A DNA stretch of 64,000 bases, from the NCBI GenBank assembly GCA_054600435.1, contig BAAIJX010000039.1, positions 124,001 through 188,000 on the forward strand, read 5' to 3'. Origin of the DNA: Neophaeotheca triangularis. Its lineage: Eukaryota. Made by a program: the position numbers and the translations under genes. Numbering within the stretch: the first letter of the stretch is position 1; every line of letters starts with the position of its first letter. This document shows positions 1-11,744 of this stretch, one piece after another. The notes under the pieces were generated by a model. The model did not search any database and was not told the origin of the DNA. It was given only the letters and a program-made list of their open reading frames with translations.

Positions 1-1
1 T

Positions 2-709
2 CCGTAAATTAGACGGCTGGCCCCTAAACCGATCATCACCAGGCGGTATCTCCAGCGCAGCTTCGGACCCCAGCACCTCCCGCACAGCCCTCACAAACAT
101 CCCACGATCCAATTCCTCGGGCCCCGTAATCTCTCCAACCCAAAATTTCACCCTTCCCCGCTGGAGCTTTCTCAGTGGCGACAAGATCCTGGCCTTTTCC
201 TCCCAACCATGCGTTGCTGTCGTATCCACCCAGCTGACGGTGACAGCATTCAACTCCGGAGCCTGGAGCAAGACATCGCAAGCCCTGTCAGCACGACGTC
301 TGATCTCGGCGCAGAAGCTTTCCAGTCCAAAGCTGGGGTACTCCTTTAAAAGCAAGATGTCGCAAAAGAAGACGACTTCCACTTTGCGTAAGCGCTTCAG
401 ACTAGGGCTACGTTCGAGTTTGACGAGGTCTGGGTCTACGCGGAAGAAGTTGAAGGCGTGGCTGAAGATGAGCTTCCACGTGGTTATCTTGTAGAAGTGA
501 TCGAGTAGCTCGGCGGTGAATGCAGGGTGGATTAAAAGTAGACCCAGCGATGGCGGGCGATGGGACACTGCTGTTATTCCTACTGATGGCAGTGGGTGTG
601 AGACGTTTTCTTGGGGGATCAGATGAGTCCAAATCTGATCACGGAGTTCGACCGGGAGACGGAGGATGGGAGGAGGAAGTTCAGTCGGGGACGGTAAAGA
701 CAATGACAT
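2..709 (-). CDS. Hypothetical protein with N-terminal F-box-like motif; 3' end runs off the window
   Basis: Not in the ORF track because no stop falls inside the window. Manual translation from ATG 709: MSLSLPSPTELPPPILRLPVELRDQIWTHLI...LLLIHPAFTAELLDHFYKITTWKL... stays open to position 2. LRLPVELRDQIW is the typical fungal F-box-like signature. Confidence 0.75.
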   Translation of the reverse strand, partial: MSLSLPSPTELPPPILRLPVELRDQIWTHLIPQENVSHPLPSVGITAVSHRPPSLGLLLIHPAFTAELLDHFYKITTWKLIFSHAFNFFRVDPDLVKLERSPSLKRLRKVEVVFFCDILLLKEYPSFGLESFCAEIRRRADRACDVLLQAPELNAVTVSWVDTTATHGWEEKARILSPLRKLQRGRVKFWVGEITGPEELDRGMFVRAVREVLGSEAALEIPPGDDRFRGQPSNLR

Positions 710-947
710 GATGATGCTCCCAGAGGTGTTTGCAGGAATTAATTGCGGTTTGGGACGAGGCTAAGGACTTTGATTTTGCGAAGAATTAGGTAGGTCGATC
801 TCAAATGCTCAAGTTCGACAGCCTACTACTACCTAAGTAGTAGTGAGTACCTAGATGATGGGATGCATTGTCTTGGCGACGTGATTGACGTGGATGTCGT
901 GTTTGACTTCCCGCCCCCACAGATTGGACAAATGCTGGTTGGCTGAG

Positions 948-953
948 ACGCGT
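948..953. promoter_or_regulatory. MCB box (ACGCGT) upstream of SLD3
   Basis: Exact ACGCGT about 170 bp before the SLD3 ATG. Confidence 0.45.
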
Positions 954-1121
954 GCGGCGCGTCGCTCCGGATCTTTAAACATCGACTTCATCAATGCCGA
1001 ATATACATACATACACGCAATTATCTTGATATTGCAGTACAGTGTTGCCTCATGGCGTATCTCCATTCTTCCAGCACGAACGTATGACTTACGATGATAG
1101 TTTTATCACTCACGGCCGAGC

Positions 1122-3713
1122 ATGTCCATTCCTAGCCATGCATCCAACAACGCAAGAAACATAGAGAGGCTATCTCAGAAACGGAAGCGAGACGAGAGCG
1201 AGAATGGAGAAATCAACGAAACACCCTTCACTATCCAGGTGTGTGTCGACTCTACGCACTTGTCTTCATGCCCGTGTTGCTGACTACGGCGCCAGCCACC
1301 GTCTTCTGATCCTTTCGGCCGCCCTCTAGTACTTACTCCAATCTGTCTCGTGTCGCGTACTCAGCTTCCCCTCGCCTACCTCGACACCACATCTTCCGGT
1401 GGCCAACTATTCTCAGCAAACATCCAGCCACTAGATGCTGCCATAGACCACGGGCACGACCGGTGCGTGCTCGTCGCTGCTGACGAGAGGGAGGGTCGTC
1501 TACATGCCATTGAAAAGGCGGGGCAAAGGAAATATGCTTTGTGTATGCTTAGAACATGGGTGAGAGAGGACGACTTGGTGAATCGAGCGAGTAGGACCGG
1601 TCATGTGGAAGAGAGGCCCGTCAAGAGATTGGGAAGGGAGCAGAAGCCTGGCATAGCGCAGCCTTGGTGGGCTATTTGTGCCACTGACCCACCAGCTGGC
1701 GCTGAAGATGGCATCGAGGGCTCCAAACAGCCCAAGCTCACGATGCTTATTCCGGAGACAGTACTCGAACAATCGCGTCAAGATGCTGCCCTACCGCACG
1801 GGAACGGTGCCGTCGCCTCGGCACCTGACGAAGCTACGCTGCACTACGACGACAATATGACGACGATACCGACAGAGACTGTGTTACGAGAACTTGGCAA
1901 GCAGTACCTCGATGCTCTCTACACGTCTAAAGCATCACTGGCCTTCTTTGCCAAAGGACCACTGGCACGTGCAAGAGCATGCCTCGCTAGCGAATTGGCA
2001 TCGGCAGAGCGGTTGGGCGAGTTGATAGGTTTCTTGAAAGAAGCTATAATGCCTGTCTCCGTCATGGAGAAGAAGTATCGAGATGCGGTACCTACGTTCA
2101 TCGAAGATCTACCGCTTCGACCGGAATCAGAGACAGAAAAGCCGAAAGCGAAGAAGAAACGGAAGTGGAAGGCAAAGCGAGACAAAACGGGGATGCTGCA
2201 CAACGAGAAGGAATACATTGAAACCTGGTGGCGGGCTGACGAGGGAGTAATGCCAGTGATGAGTACGACAGAAGGCCGAGAATCTGCAGTAAGGCGGCGC
2301 ATGCCACAAGTCCGAAGTAGAGAGACGTATCTTCAGATTGTCTTAATACTAGAGGTCTTCGCGCTGGAGACGATGGCTAAATCCAGATCCGCGCACGAGA
2401 TTCGAGACAGCTGTCAAACAGTCGTGGAGGCGAACAACGATGGCAAACCGAAGGCGAAGAAACCATTGGACCTAGACACCACACTTGACTCACAGCTTGA
2501 TAAACTGTGCATATGGCAGTCATTAGAGGCAATCTCCCCGCTCAAACAAAGCAAAGACGGATCCGGCCAAGAAGAAAACGACCTCGACGAGCTTAAACGG
2601 TTCTGTGTAGAAGTGATTTTGCCGTTCTACATGTCGCGAGCGCCGAAACACGCTACAAGCGTGAATAAGAAGTTGGGAGGACCAGCACCAGCCGCGACTG
2701 CTAAGCAATTAACGTCGACGTCTCGACGACCAGGCGAACCCGCAGTGAGACAGCCGCCAGAGAAAAGATTCAGGAAGTCCCTCCACCGCACTGCGACAGA
2801 GACCTTACCTCCAAACTTACGAGCACCACCATCCTTGCAGCGCTCAGCAACGGATTCAAGGATGCTGGAACCGATCAAGCGCGAGTCCAGTGAGGTTGCG
2901 CTAGACAGCATACCTGCTGCCAAACCTCGCCCCGGCCCACGCCAGCGTCCTAGCGTCCTTCACACACTAACCGCCAACCGGAGAGAAGTCGATCTCTCCG
3001 CAAAGTCGCAGGCTAACGCCAGAAGAGTCAAACAAAAGGCCGAAGCGGAACAGAAGAAGGAAGAGGCCATTGCAGCATTGAGAAAACCTAACAGGGGCCT
3101 CGCAACGCTTGAAACAGCCGAGAATGCAGACAGGAGTTTTGCACGAGCTACTGCGAAAAACAAGCCCGCGCAGCCACCGCGGAAGAGAGCTAGTGAAATG
3201 GTCACAGCCACCCCAGCGCGGCCCAAAGCCCCACCTCCCCCAAATTTCAGCAATGTCGCGTCGACAGCATCAATGGTCCCTGCAACCTCTGCCAGATATT
3301 ACGATCACCCGCAAGCGGCGGTACCAGGCTCAGCGGTACCACAAAGCAGCCGCAAGCCGCAGTATGGCGTCGAAGAAACACCGTCGCGCGGTTTCGCAAA
3401 ATACATGCCGCAAGCCCTGGCCAGAGCGCCCGGTACGCTTGAGTCTCCGGTTGCGCAGCGCAAGAATAGCAACGTTGCCATCATGGCCACGCCTTCAAAG
3501 CCTACAAAGACGTTCACACTACCGCAAACGCCCATCCGAAAGCCTTCACTACCCACAGAGGCTTTGACGCCGTTGCGGCAGACACCTGCGAAGACGCAAG
3601 GGGGCGCGGTTGAAGCGGCAGGAGATAGTGACATGACGCCTGAGCCGCTGGGGGAGCCAAAGAGCGTGTATGCTGCTTTTGGGTGGGAGGACGAGTACGA
3701 AGAACTTGCATAG
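1122..3713 (+). CDS. SLD3: DNA replication regulator Sld3
   Basis: Exon 1 1122-1238 (MSIPSHASNN...PFTIQ), intron 1239-1295 (GTGTGT..GCTGAC..CAG), exon 2 in frame with the 787-aa ORF. Motifs YLDALYTSKASLAFFAKGPLARAR, RSRETYLQIVLILEVFALE, LDKLCIWQS and FCVEVILPFY. The C-terminus is rich in S/T-P CDK sites. Confidence 0.88.
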
Positions 3714-4192
3714 CATTGAATCAGGCTTGCTGCGTTATGAGCGTTGAAGCAGTAGGTTACTCCATTTTATTCAGTCTGCGCACATGCTTCCAGTAACCTC
3801 ACCTCACCTCACATTGCTTGACCTCACCTCTTGTCGCGTTCACGTGAATACGAATCGAATGCCACGTCATAACTCAACTTCACGCGCGCGTTGTTATTGC
3901 CTGAAGCGGAAGGTACACGTCTAACTACCCGCGCTTTCCTCGAGCTCCTACTTTCTACTTTACATCTCTCGAGAAGAGCCTTGCAGCAACACCGACTTCG
4001 AGTCCACGCATCATTGCTGGGCTTAGGAGTATCTGGTCATATCTTCATTCGTTTTCACTGCGCTTGTGCAACTCAGCCTCCTCGAAACCGAAGTCACCTG
4101 AGCCAGCAACCAACTACACCCCTTTCCAACGCGGCAAACCCGAGTCACCGAGAACTCAACACCTTCAAGCTACGTCCACACCATCAAGCAAC

Positions 4193-5173
4193 ATGGACAA
4201 GCTCGAGGTCAAATCAAAGGCCGCAGCCTCAGACAAAAACCCTCACGCGAAGAAGAAGCGCAAACTCAACATCCAAACCACCTCACCCCCCTCCACGCAA
4301 TCCCCCGAACCCTTCACCCCAGGCCTTATGCCCAACAACCGCTCCCTAATCCTCGAGCTGGCCGCCGAACTGCGCAACAACATCTACACCAAAGTGCTTG
4401 AAGACCACCCGCAAGCCTTTCTCAGCACGGGCACCAAAGCCAACCTCGCCACAACCAGCCGCCTCATCAAAGTCAACAAGCAAATCCACCAGGAGTTCCT
4501 CTCAGTCCTCTACACGCACGCACCACAGATTATTGCCCGCGTCAACAACTTCAACTTCACGCACATCGTTACCTTCTTCAACCGGCTGTCGGATATCGAG
4601 CTCAAGACCATCCCAGCGGAGAAAGTGCAAACGTACGCCGAGATTGTAGCCGCGGCTGAAAACACCGACGCCAACACCGCCGCAGCCCGCTTCCAGCGTC
4701 GTCGTCGTTCCCGCCAGCGCAAGATGACAATCGAGCTCTGCTTCAAGTACAACCGGCCCCTAAACATGCACCTGCTCAGTCGCTGGCTCAACCGCCTCGC
4801 CGTGCCGAGCAAGAAGGGCTCGAATCTCAAAACTTCTTACACTGTTAAAGCCGGTAGCAAAGCGCCTTACAAAATATTCGAATTCATCGAAGACTTGCTC
4901 GACGCCATGACAGATGAGGGGGATGGCAAGGAGGACCCCTGGGACGCCAGGAGGGGCGAGGAGTTGTTGCGGATGCGCGCTTCCATGAGTGGCGGGTTGA
5001 GGATGGGGGTGGAGAACGGCGGCCCTGGTTCTAATATTGTGAGTGAGACGGTGGAGACGATGCTGTTTTGGCCTGAGAAGCCGCCGCCGGCTTATGTGGA
5101 TTTGACGGAGGATGGTGAACAAGGCGGGGCAGTAGACTTGACGGGAGATTCGGGTTCCGAGTCGTCGTCTTAG
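4193..5173 (+). CDS. Hypothetical protein with F-box-like motif
   Basis: Long ORF; first ATG at 4193. LILELAAELRNNIY motif followed by LIKVNKQIHQEF, typical of Dothideomycete F-box-like proteins. Confidence 0.75.
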   Translation: MDKLEVKSKAAASDKNPHAKKKRKLNIQTTSPPSTQSPEPFTPGLMPNNRSLILELAAELRNNIYTKVLEDHPQAFLSTGTKANLATTSRLIKVNKQIHQEFLSVLYTHAPQIIARVNNFNFTHIVTFFNRLSDIELKTIPAEKVQTYAEIVAAAENTDANTAAARFQRRRRSRQRKMTIELCFKYNRPLNMHLLSRWLNRLAVPSKKGSNLKTSYTVKAGSKAPYKIFEFIEDLLDAMTDEGDGKEDPWDARRGEELLRMRASMSGGLRMGVENGGPGSNIVSETVETMLFWPEKPPPAYVDLTEDGEQGGAVDLTGDSGSESSS

Positions 5174-6065
5174 AATGCTGGCGCAGATGCCATGGCGTCC
5201 AATGGAGACGACGCTCAGTCTTTGGGCTAAGGAGAATGGTCTAGACTGTGCATTGAGGCTTGTCACCTTTACGCCGTGCGCCGCTCCGGGTGGAAGGGAG
5301 ACAATGAGCTTTGGAGCTTTTTGACTCGAAAAAGGGAAAAAGAGTCGACGAGCAACGGGTACTGGGTACTGGGTCGGGGTAGCTTCTCCGGTTTCAAGGC
5401 GTCAACGGCACGCCTTGGCTTCATGGGGTCACCAAAAGTAGTTGCTAGTAGTTGAACATTTCTAAACTGGCAGTATTTCACAACTCTCTCCATGTCACTC
5501 TTGGACCGGACACTCCACCAAGCTCAGCCAATTCATCAAGTCCCATCGCAACCCGCAGATCGCGAAGTTTCAAGCTTCTTCGAGAGCATGGAAGGCACGT
5601 CGAAAGCATCTCACGCCGAAATAGGTCATTGTAGCGAACCCACTTAGCACCCGCGACTCCTCCCAATCCCGCGCAATCGAGGCTCAGGCAAGTATCGAAG
5701 GGTAAGTGCCGAGGACTATCACACTCTCAGTCATGGCCGAAAACCGAAGTTCCATCTCCAAGCCAGCGCGTTTCTGGCCAGGGACACGGCGGTGGCTCAT
5801 GCAAAACCAGCCGCTAAACCAGGGAGAAGCATCACTATCCAGACGGCCACGGCAGCCCTGGGAAACGCTGGCCTCGATCCATCCAGTCGTCGACGTGAGA
5901 GAACTCACACCCTGCGGTTGAAACAAACCCATGATCAAACTTCTCCTCCAACCTCCATCGAGGCGACGTTGATCGCCTTGCAAACCATGTGCTTCACGTC
6001 GTCGAAGAACCCCCGACACTTCCGGCACCGGCTCACACGGCGCAACGCAAACCAACCTGCGAATG

Positions 6066-6925
6066 TCGCCGGGAAGCTCAAGTGCCCATCCCTGAGCTAG
6101 CGTATCCCTTGCTCAGATTCGCTATTGGCTGCCACTTCGTCAACGCTAGTAGACGGCCGTTCTTGGCATCCCGGCGCGCCGTCTCAAAGTCTCAGGACTT
6201 CTTGCACAGGCTTGCTGTTATGCGAAGGCAATGGTGTTTGAGCCGCTCTCAGCGTCTGTCACTTTCTCGTCAGAGCGGCCGTGAGCAAGCGAAGAGAATC
6301 GGAAGTCGGCTGGGCAGGTCGATCTGCGGGCGGTTTCGACAGTTTTGAGGTGGTCAAGTTGACTACATAGTAGGTACTTCAACTCGCAACAGCCAGGGAG
6401 GTCACAAGCGACAGGAGCACCGTAATATATACAGGTACTCGCCGGGAGCCATGGGATCCGTCCCTAAGCTAGTGTGTTTTTCGTTCTGGTTCTCCATTGG
6501 ACGTTTCTGGAAGAACGCTAGCTAAGGGACGTTCTTGGCATCCGGGCAAGGCATGTCAGGATCCCAGGGGTTGTTTTGCACGTCTATCCTACCGCAGGAT
6601 GGGCTCTTTCGATGTATTAGTACATGCGGTCATTCCGCGAGACGCGCCGTGAGAGTTGATTATGGAACAGCTGTCGGCCTCAAACCGAGTTTCCCGGCAA
6701 GTTCTTCGGATTTCCATCTTTCAGTCAAGTTCGCCAAAGCCCGTCTGTCCTCCGACATCTTCTTACTCCGTGTGAAGTCAGTAGCGAGCACCTGGAAAGC
6801 CTCCAAGGTCGCCGGGATCGCAGTAATCCGTCCCTAAGCTATCGCGCTCTTCATTTAGTTATGCAATTCGTCCAAAATGCGATGGGTCTAATTGAAGGGC
6901 TTTTTGGGCGTCTGGGCAGACGATC
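6066..6925. repeat. Diverged tandem repeat, ~372-bp period, at least 3 copies (possibly a decayed TPR-array gene on the - strand)
   Basis: TCGCCGGGA at 6066, 6439 and 6809, each followed by TCCCTRAGCTA. AACGCTAG...CGTTCTTGGCATCC at 6142 and 6514, with a weaker third copy near 6888. Confidence 0.65.
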
Positions 6926-7408
6926 CCCCGCTCGATACGTAGTAAACTGAGAAGCCTCCCTCAGTTCAATTCAGCCAATCTTGGAGTCTGGGAGTTGGTC
7001 GAGAAGCGTTGTCGAGCACGAAGCATGAGATCGAGGTCTCTTCCGGCAAGAAAGCTAATTATTACAAAGAATGTTCTAGGATATTTAGTTGGCACGTTTC
7101 TCCCCCCAAATACGTAAGTGACCGTTTGGGAATCCCACCTGTTGTATCTGATTTGCAAGATTTTCTTTCTTTGCTCTTTTCCGCCAGCTCAGGAGCAGGA
7201 CGGAAAGACTTACAGGTACGTCCGTCCCGAGACAGGACAGTGGTGGGTGGTGAGGCAGTTCTCGGACGGGCGAGGGCATTCTGATTCCCTTCCTCGAGCA
7301 GATTTCAATCGCTACAGAATGCATACGTTTCACTACAACAACAACTTGTCCCGAATCCAGCACGAAACTCACCACCAGCGTCTCTCCTCCACTGATCACC
7401 GAGAGCCC

Positions 7409-7858
7409 TCACCACAACTCCCGATGCTGCTTCGCTCCCTCAATCGGCAGCAACCACTCAGGCCTGTGCTTCACAAACAGCTCATCCGTCGGCTTGGGCA
7501 CAAGCTTCGCACAATCCTCTCCCAGGATCCCAGCTTTGATCACCATCTTATCCTTCAACGCAACAGGCTCAGACCAAAGAGTCGTCCCGCAGTTGCCGCA
7601 CCAGGAGGTGACACCACGGGTTCGGGCTTCGCCTTGCAAGAGCGTAAAGTTGGCTTTGGGGATGATGATGTTGGTGGAAAAGAGCGTGGAGGTGCGGACT
7701 TTGCAGTTGGTGCAGTGGCAGAGTGCCTGGTTGATCGAGGGGGTGGGGTTTAGTGGAAGAGTGGAGGTTGGGGAAGCGGTGGCGTGGCGTACCGAGCTTA
7801 CTATGTCTCCGGTGAGTTCTATGCGGATGTGACCGCAGCCGCAGGTTGCTGTTGGCAT
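7409..7858 (-). CDS. GFA/Mss4-like (CENP-V family) zinc-binding protein
   Basis: MPTATCGCG..., intron 7727-7792, then ALCHCTNCK...WCGNCGTTLW...ELFVKHRPEWL. The CxCG / CHCxxC / CxxCG pattern is that of the GFA family. Confidence 0.85.
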   Translation of the reverse strand: MPTATCGCGHIRIELTGDIVSSVRHATASPTSTLPLNPTPSINQALCHCTNCKVRTSTLFSTNIIIPKANFTLLQGEARTRGVTSWCGNCGTTLWSEPVALKDKMVIKAGILGEDCAKLVPKPTDELFVKHRPEWLLPIEGAKQHRELW

Positions 7859-8151
7859 GATGGGCGATGTTGATGTTGACAAGCTCCTGGGCTTGGGTCC
7901 CAAAGGCTGGCGCTATACACCACTGGAGCCTTGGAAGGATGTCGGCTATGCACAATGACGTTGGGCGTCACGGTCTCTTCAAAGATGCTCTGAAGTCAGA
8001 ATCTCAGCCTGGAAACTTCAATTTGGTTCTCGGTGAAATTTAGCTCCCTGGAATGGATGTCTTGACATCGCACAAAGCCCCAACGTCCGGCGGGGGATCA
8101 GGCGGAATGGCCAGTGCCAGGAGAGACCAGCCCTTCATGGCCGGAATCAGG

Positions 8152-8400
8152 CTACTCCAACGCTCCGACTTTCTTCAGCATGTCAACGATCTCCCAGTGC
8201 TGATCCCTGGACGCAGTTTGTAACGCAGTACCATCGTTCACTCTTCGACCCGCTGTCAACGACAGCGAGACTACATTTTCCCTGCCCAGCTGCCAAGCTA
8301 ACTTGAGCTCGTGGTAGCCATGTCTTCGGAAGCTCGGTAATTGATCTGAGAGCGCCGCTCTGCCATCTGCAAGCACGCGGACTACTTTCTCATTGCCGTG
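8152..8400 (-). pseudogene. Ankyrin-repeat gene remnant
   Basis: HGNEKVVRVLAD...GRENVVSLSL...GTALQTASRDQHWEIVDMLKKVGA resembles C-terminal ankyrin repeats. No usable start codon or upstream exon was found. Confidence 0.5.
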
Positions 8401-9070
8401 TAAGATTCAGCGAGCGCTTGGAGCTGCGGCGGCTATCCACAGCTGGTTTCGTAGCCAGACAAGCTACCTACCAGAAGGGGCATGGCCGCCTTGTCGAATG
8501 TAACGTACATATAATAGATCGCTACACAGCTCCCCTTTTTGGAACTGCACCTCCTACCATTCTGCTACCTTCACCGATTTATGAAGCACATATAAGCTGA
8601 CAAGGGATGTAGGTACGTGCAGCTTGGGCCAGTGAAGGGTGATATGATACCTTAGGGCGCCATCCACTAAGCGCTTACTTAAGCGAGCTATGAGGGGACG
8701 GTTTAACTAGGCGTAGTGACAGACGGAAGAGTTTAACTAATCGATGTGACTGGCCTCAAGTAAATCTCAGGCCGTCTACAGTGAGAAGATAATTCGGGGT
8801 GTATGTACAAGCAAGATTGAAGAGGGCATGAACAGCTCAAGCTTGAGCGAGACGGCGGAGGTGTGGTTGGTTGAAGGGGCTTGGCGCTCCCGGCGCTTCC
8901 CGACGACTTCCTGCCAACACTCAAGTCACCTAGGTAGAGTCCGAGACAACACTTGGAGCATATAGGCGTTTAGAACACGTTCGAAGACAATCCCACATCT
9001 TTCACTGCCCGGCAACCTTTTTAGCTGGTCTTCAAAGCATTTGGCATCTGGAGGGAGCCTTTGAACCGAC

Positions 9071-9510
9071 ATGCTGGAAGAGCGTAAGCTGGCTTTGGAG
9101 CCCATCGTGCAGGAGAGCCTCCAACACAATGCTCGCGTAAGTCCATTACCCAAATCACTCTTGCTTCTCCGATACACCAGAAATCAGCAATCTAGCTTCA
9201 TCTGAAAGCTCCCCAATGAAGCGCACCAAGCTAATCCATCACCCAGACCGTCTCCAACATCCGCTCCCTAACAGCATCACTTTTCGGCGTAGCAGCCGGC
9301 ACTCTCGGTCTCGAATCCTGGCCCGGCTTCGTCTTCTACTTCATCGGCACCGCCATTGTTTCGTTGCTCATCTTTACTCTCAAGACTGACGGCAAGGCCG
9401 AGGTGTACTTCTTCCGGCCCATCAGCGGTCTCTGGATCGGCGACATGTTTGGCGGGCTGATGAGTTTTGTGCTTACTTGGACGCTATTCTATGGGCTGTG
9501 CAAGGCATGA
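9071..9510 (+). CDS. EMC6: ER membrane protein complex subunit 6
   Basis: Missed by the ORF track. Exon 1 9071-9136 (MLEERKLALEPIVQESLQHNAR), intron 9137-9246, exon 2 9247-9510 (TVSNIRSLTASLFGVAAGTLGLESWPGFVFY...GGLMSFVLTWTLFYGLCKA*). Confidence 0.92.
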
Positions 9511-9964
9511 CGGGGGGTCGGTGGATCTTTGCGAGGGGCGTGCGATGGAGCATGCTATCATTTTCTGTGGCGGGCTACAGGGCACCCTACTCCGATTCGC
9601 AAACGCGAGTCCGAGACGAGATCGCGATGCCGAGCGCTTGCTGAGCGCTCCATACCAAAGCGGCCAATCTTTGCCTCAGGCAATGCTGTTTCTGGGCTAC
9701 CCACCGCGGCGACTAACAGCAATCAAGCCGCACGTGAGGCTGAGAAGACCACCTGCAGATTCACCTCAGCGCATTCGGCGACGAGAGGGGCAAAGAAGGT
9801 TTGGAGATTTCGATGGGATTGGTTGTGGAGCGGGAGACGACTTCTGGGTCTACGAAGCACTATGACCCTACGCCGTGCTCATCTGTTACCCTCGATTCCT
9901 TCACGCGGGATGAACCTTATCACGCTCTCTGCCCTTTGATAACCTCTTGATATTCTCCTGTAAT

Positions 9965-10139
9965 ACGCGTCTCAAATTTCAAATGGCCACTTCATTTCTG
10001 TTATCAAACCCGGAAATTTGTCCATCAACCGTTCCTATCTTCTTGAGATGTAATGTATGTATTGCACATACTGTAAGCGGGGCGCAACTGAAGCTCGGAC
10101 CAAGTCACCAACCACTTTACGCGCTAATCGCGAACGCGT
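9965..10139. promoter_or_regulatory. MCB box cluster in the PCNA promoter
   Basis: ACGCGT at 9965 and 10134, ACGCG at 10119, and TCGCGA between the last two. Confidence 0.6.
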
Positions 10140-10300
10140 CGTCTGAGAAACATTTCCTTTCCTCCAGCGTTGCAACTCCAACATCAACATCAAACACATT
10201 CACGCAACCTTCAGCTCGTCACCTCTCTCCGCAACCACACAGCTTCTCATACGCTGCAGATTCTCCTCCTCAAGCTCTTTCGACCAACACACTCGACAAT

Positions 10301-11305
10301 AGTGAGTAGAGCCTCCAGAGACGTTCCTCAAACACAGTAGGCTAACAATCGCCCAGTGCTTGAAGCAAGACTAGAGCAGGCGCAGCTGCTCAAGAAGGTG
10401 AGAGACGATCGCGTTGGGTGCTACTAGCCTCCTGCTAACGACGTGAACAGGTTGTGGACGCGATCAAGGACCTGGTGCAAGACTGCAACTTCGACTGCAA
10501 TGACTCCGGCATCGCGCTCCAAGCCATGGACAACTCCCACGTCGCTCTCGTATCCATGATGCTCAAATCCGAATCATTCTCTCCTTTCCGTTGCGACCGC
10601 AACATCGCTCTCGGCATCAATCTTGTTTCCCTTACCAAGGTCTTGCGCGCTGCTCAGAACGATGACATCCTCACTCTCAAGGCCGAAGACGCGCCAGACG
10701 TCGTCAACTTGCAGTTTGAAAGCAGCGAGAGCGACAGGCTGAGCGAGTACGATATCAAGTTGATGGATATTGATCAAGAGCACTTGGGTATCCCGGACAC
10801 CGAGTACGCGGCCACAATCAGCATGCCCAGCGCCGAATTCAGGAGAATTTGCACGGATCTGAATGCGCTCTCTGAGTCTGGTAAGTCAAAGGCGCAAAGC
10901 AAGGTCGTACACAGGAGCGCGCTAACGCCGTCTTCACAGTTGCGATTGAGTGCACAAAGGACGGCGTCACATTCAAGTGCACGGGAGACATTGGCAATGG
11001 TGCCGTTACCCTGCGATCCCACACCGACGTCGAAAAGCCCCAGAACAACACCGAGATCAATCTCTCCGAGCCCGTCGCACTTACCTTCTCCCTTAAATAC
11101 CTTGTCGGATTCTGCAAGGCTAGCGGCCTCAGCGACCAGGTTAAGCTGTGCCTGAGCAACGAAGTTCCGTTGTTGGTGGAGTACGCGCTCAGCAACAACA
11201 GCTACCTGCGCTTCTACCTTGCGCCTAAGGTGAGTTTCTCATTTCTACCACTTTTTTCGAGAACACCATACTGACTATTTGCTACAGATTGGCGATGACG
11301 AGTAA
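10301..11305 (+). CDS. POL30: Proliferating cell nuclear antigen (PCNA)
   Basis: Exons 10301, 10357-10397, 10451-10880, 10940-11229 and 11288-11305. Protein [48 protein letters not shown]...[14 protein letters not shown]. Confidence 0.98.
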
Positions 11306-11744
11306 GCGGGCATTGCGAGGGAAGAGCTGGCTATGGGGTTATCAAAGATACGGTGCAAGCTGAACATGGAGGCAATGCATCAAACGGTGTTGAGGGCGCT
11401 ACACGATATCACGGAGGGCATGTTGCGTTTTCGAACGAGCTATGGGTTGAATGAGGGTTTTCCGAGTAGCTGCACTTCTGTAAAGATGGCTGAAGCAATG
11501 CAGTGTTTCCCACCTTCCTGATTCGTCACGTATCCCACTTGCCCCACAACGCGACGACCTCGCACGACGCAGATGCAGATAAGCGACGTCGTTATCAGTG
11601 TTGTCGAACCGACCCCAAGACCTTTGAAAATACTACCAGGTAGGTAGAGCGACCAAACCTTTTTCTCTCGTTCAGACCCAAACCTCGTCTTTGCTCACCA
11701 ACCCGAGCTTCCTGGCTTCTCGAGACGTACTAGCCCCAGCAACA

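Noticed and set aside
5792..6100. ORF faintly resembling a pogo/Fot1 transposase HTH
   Set aside because: No DDE domain or terminal inverted repeats seen; better explained as part of the decayed repeat region.
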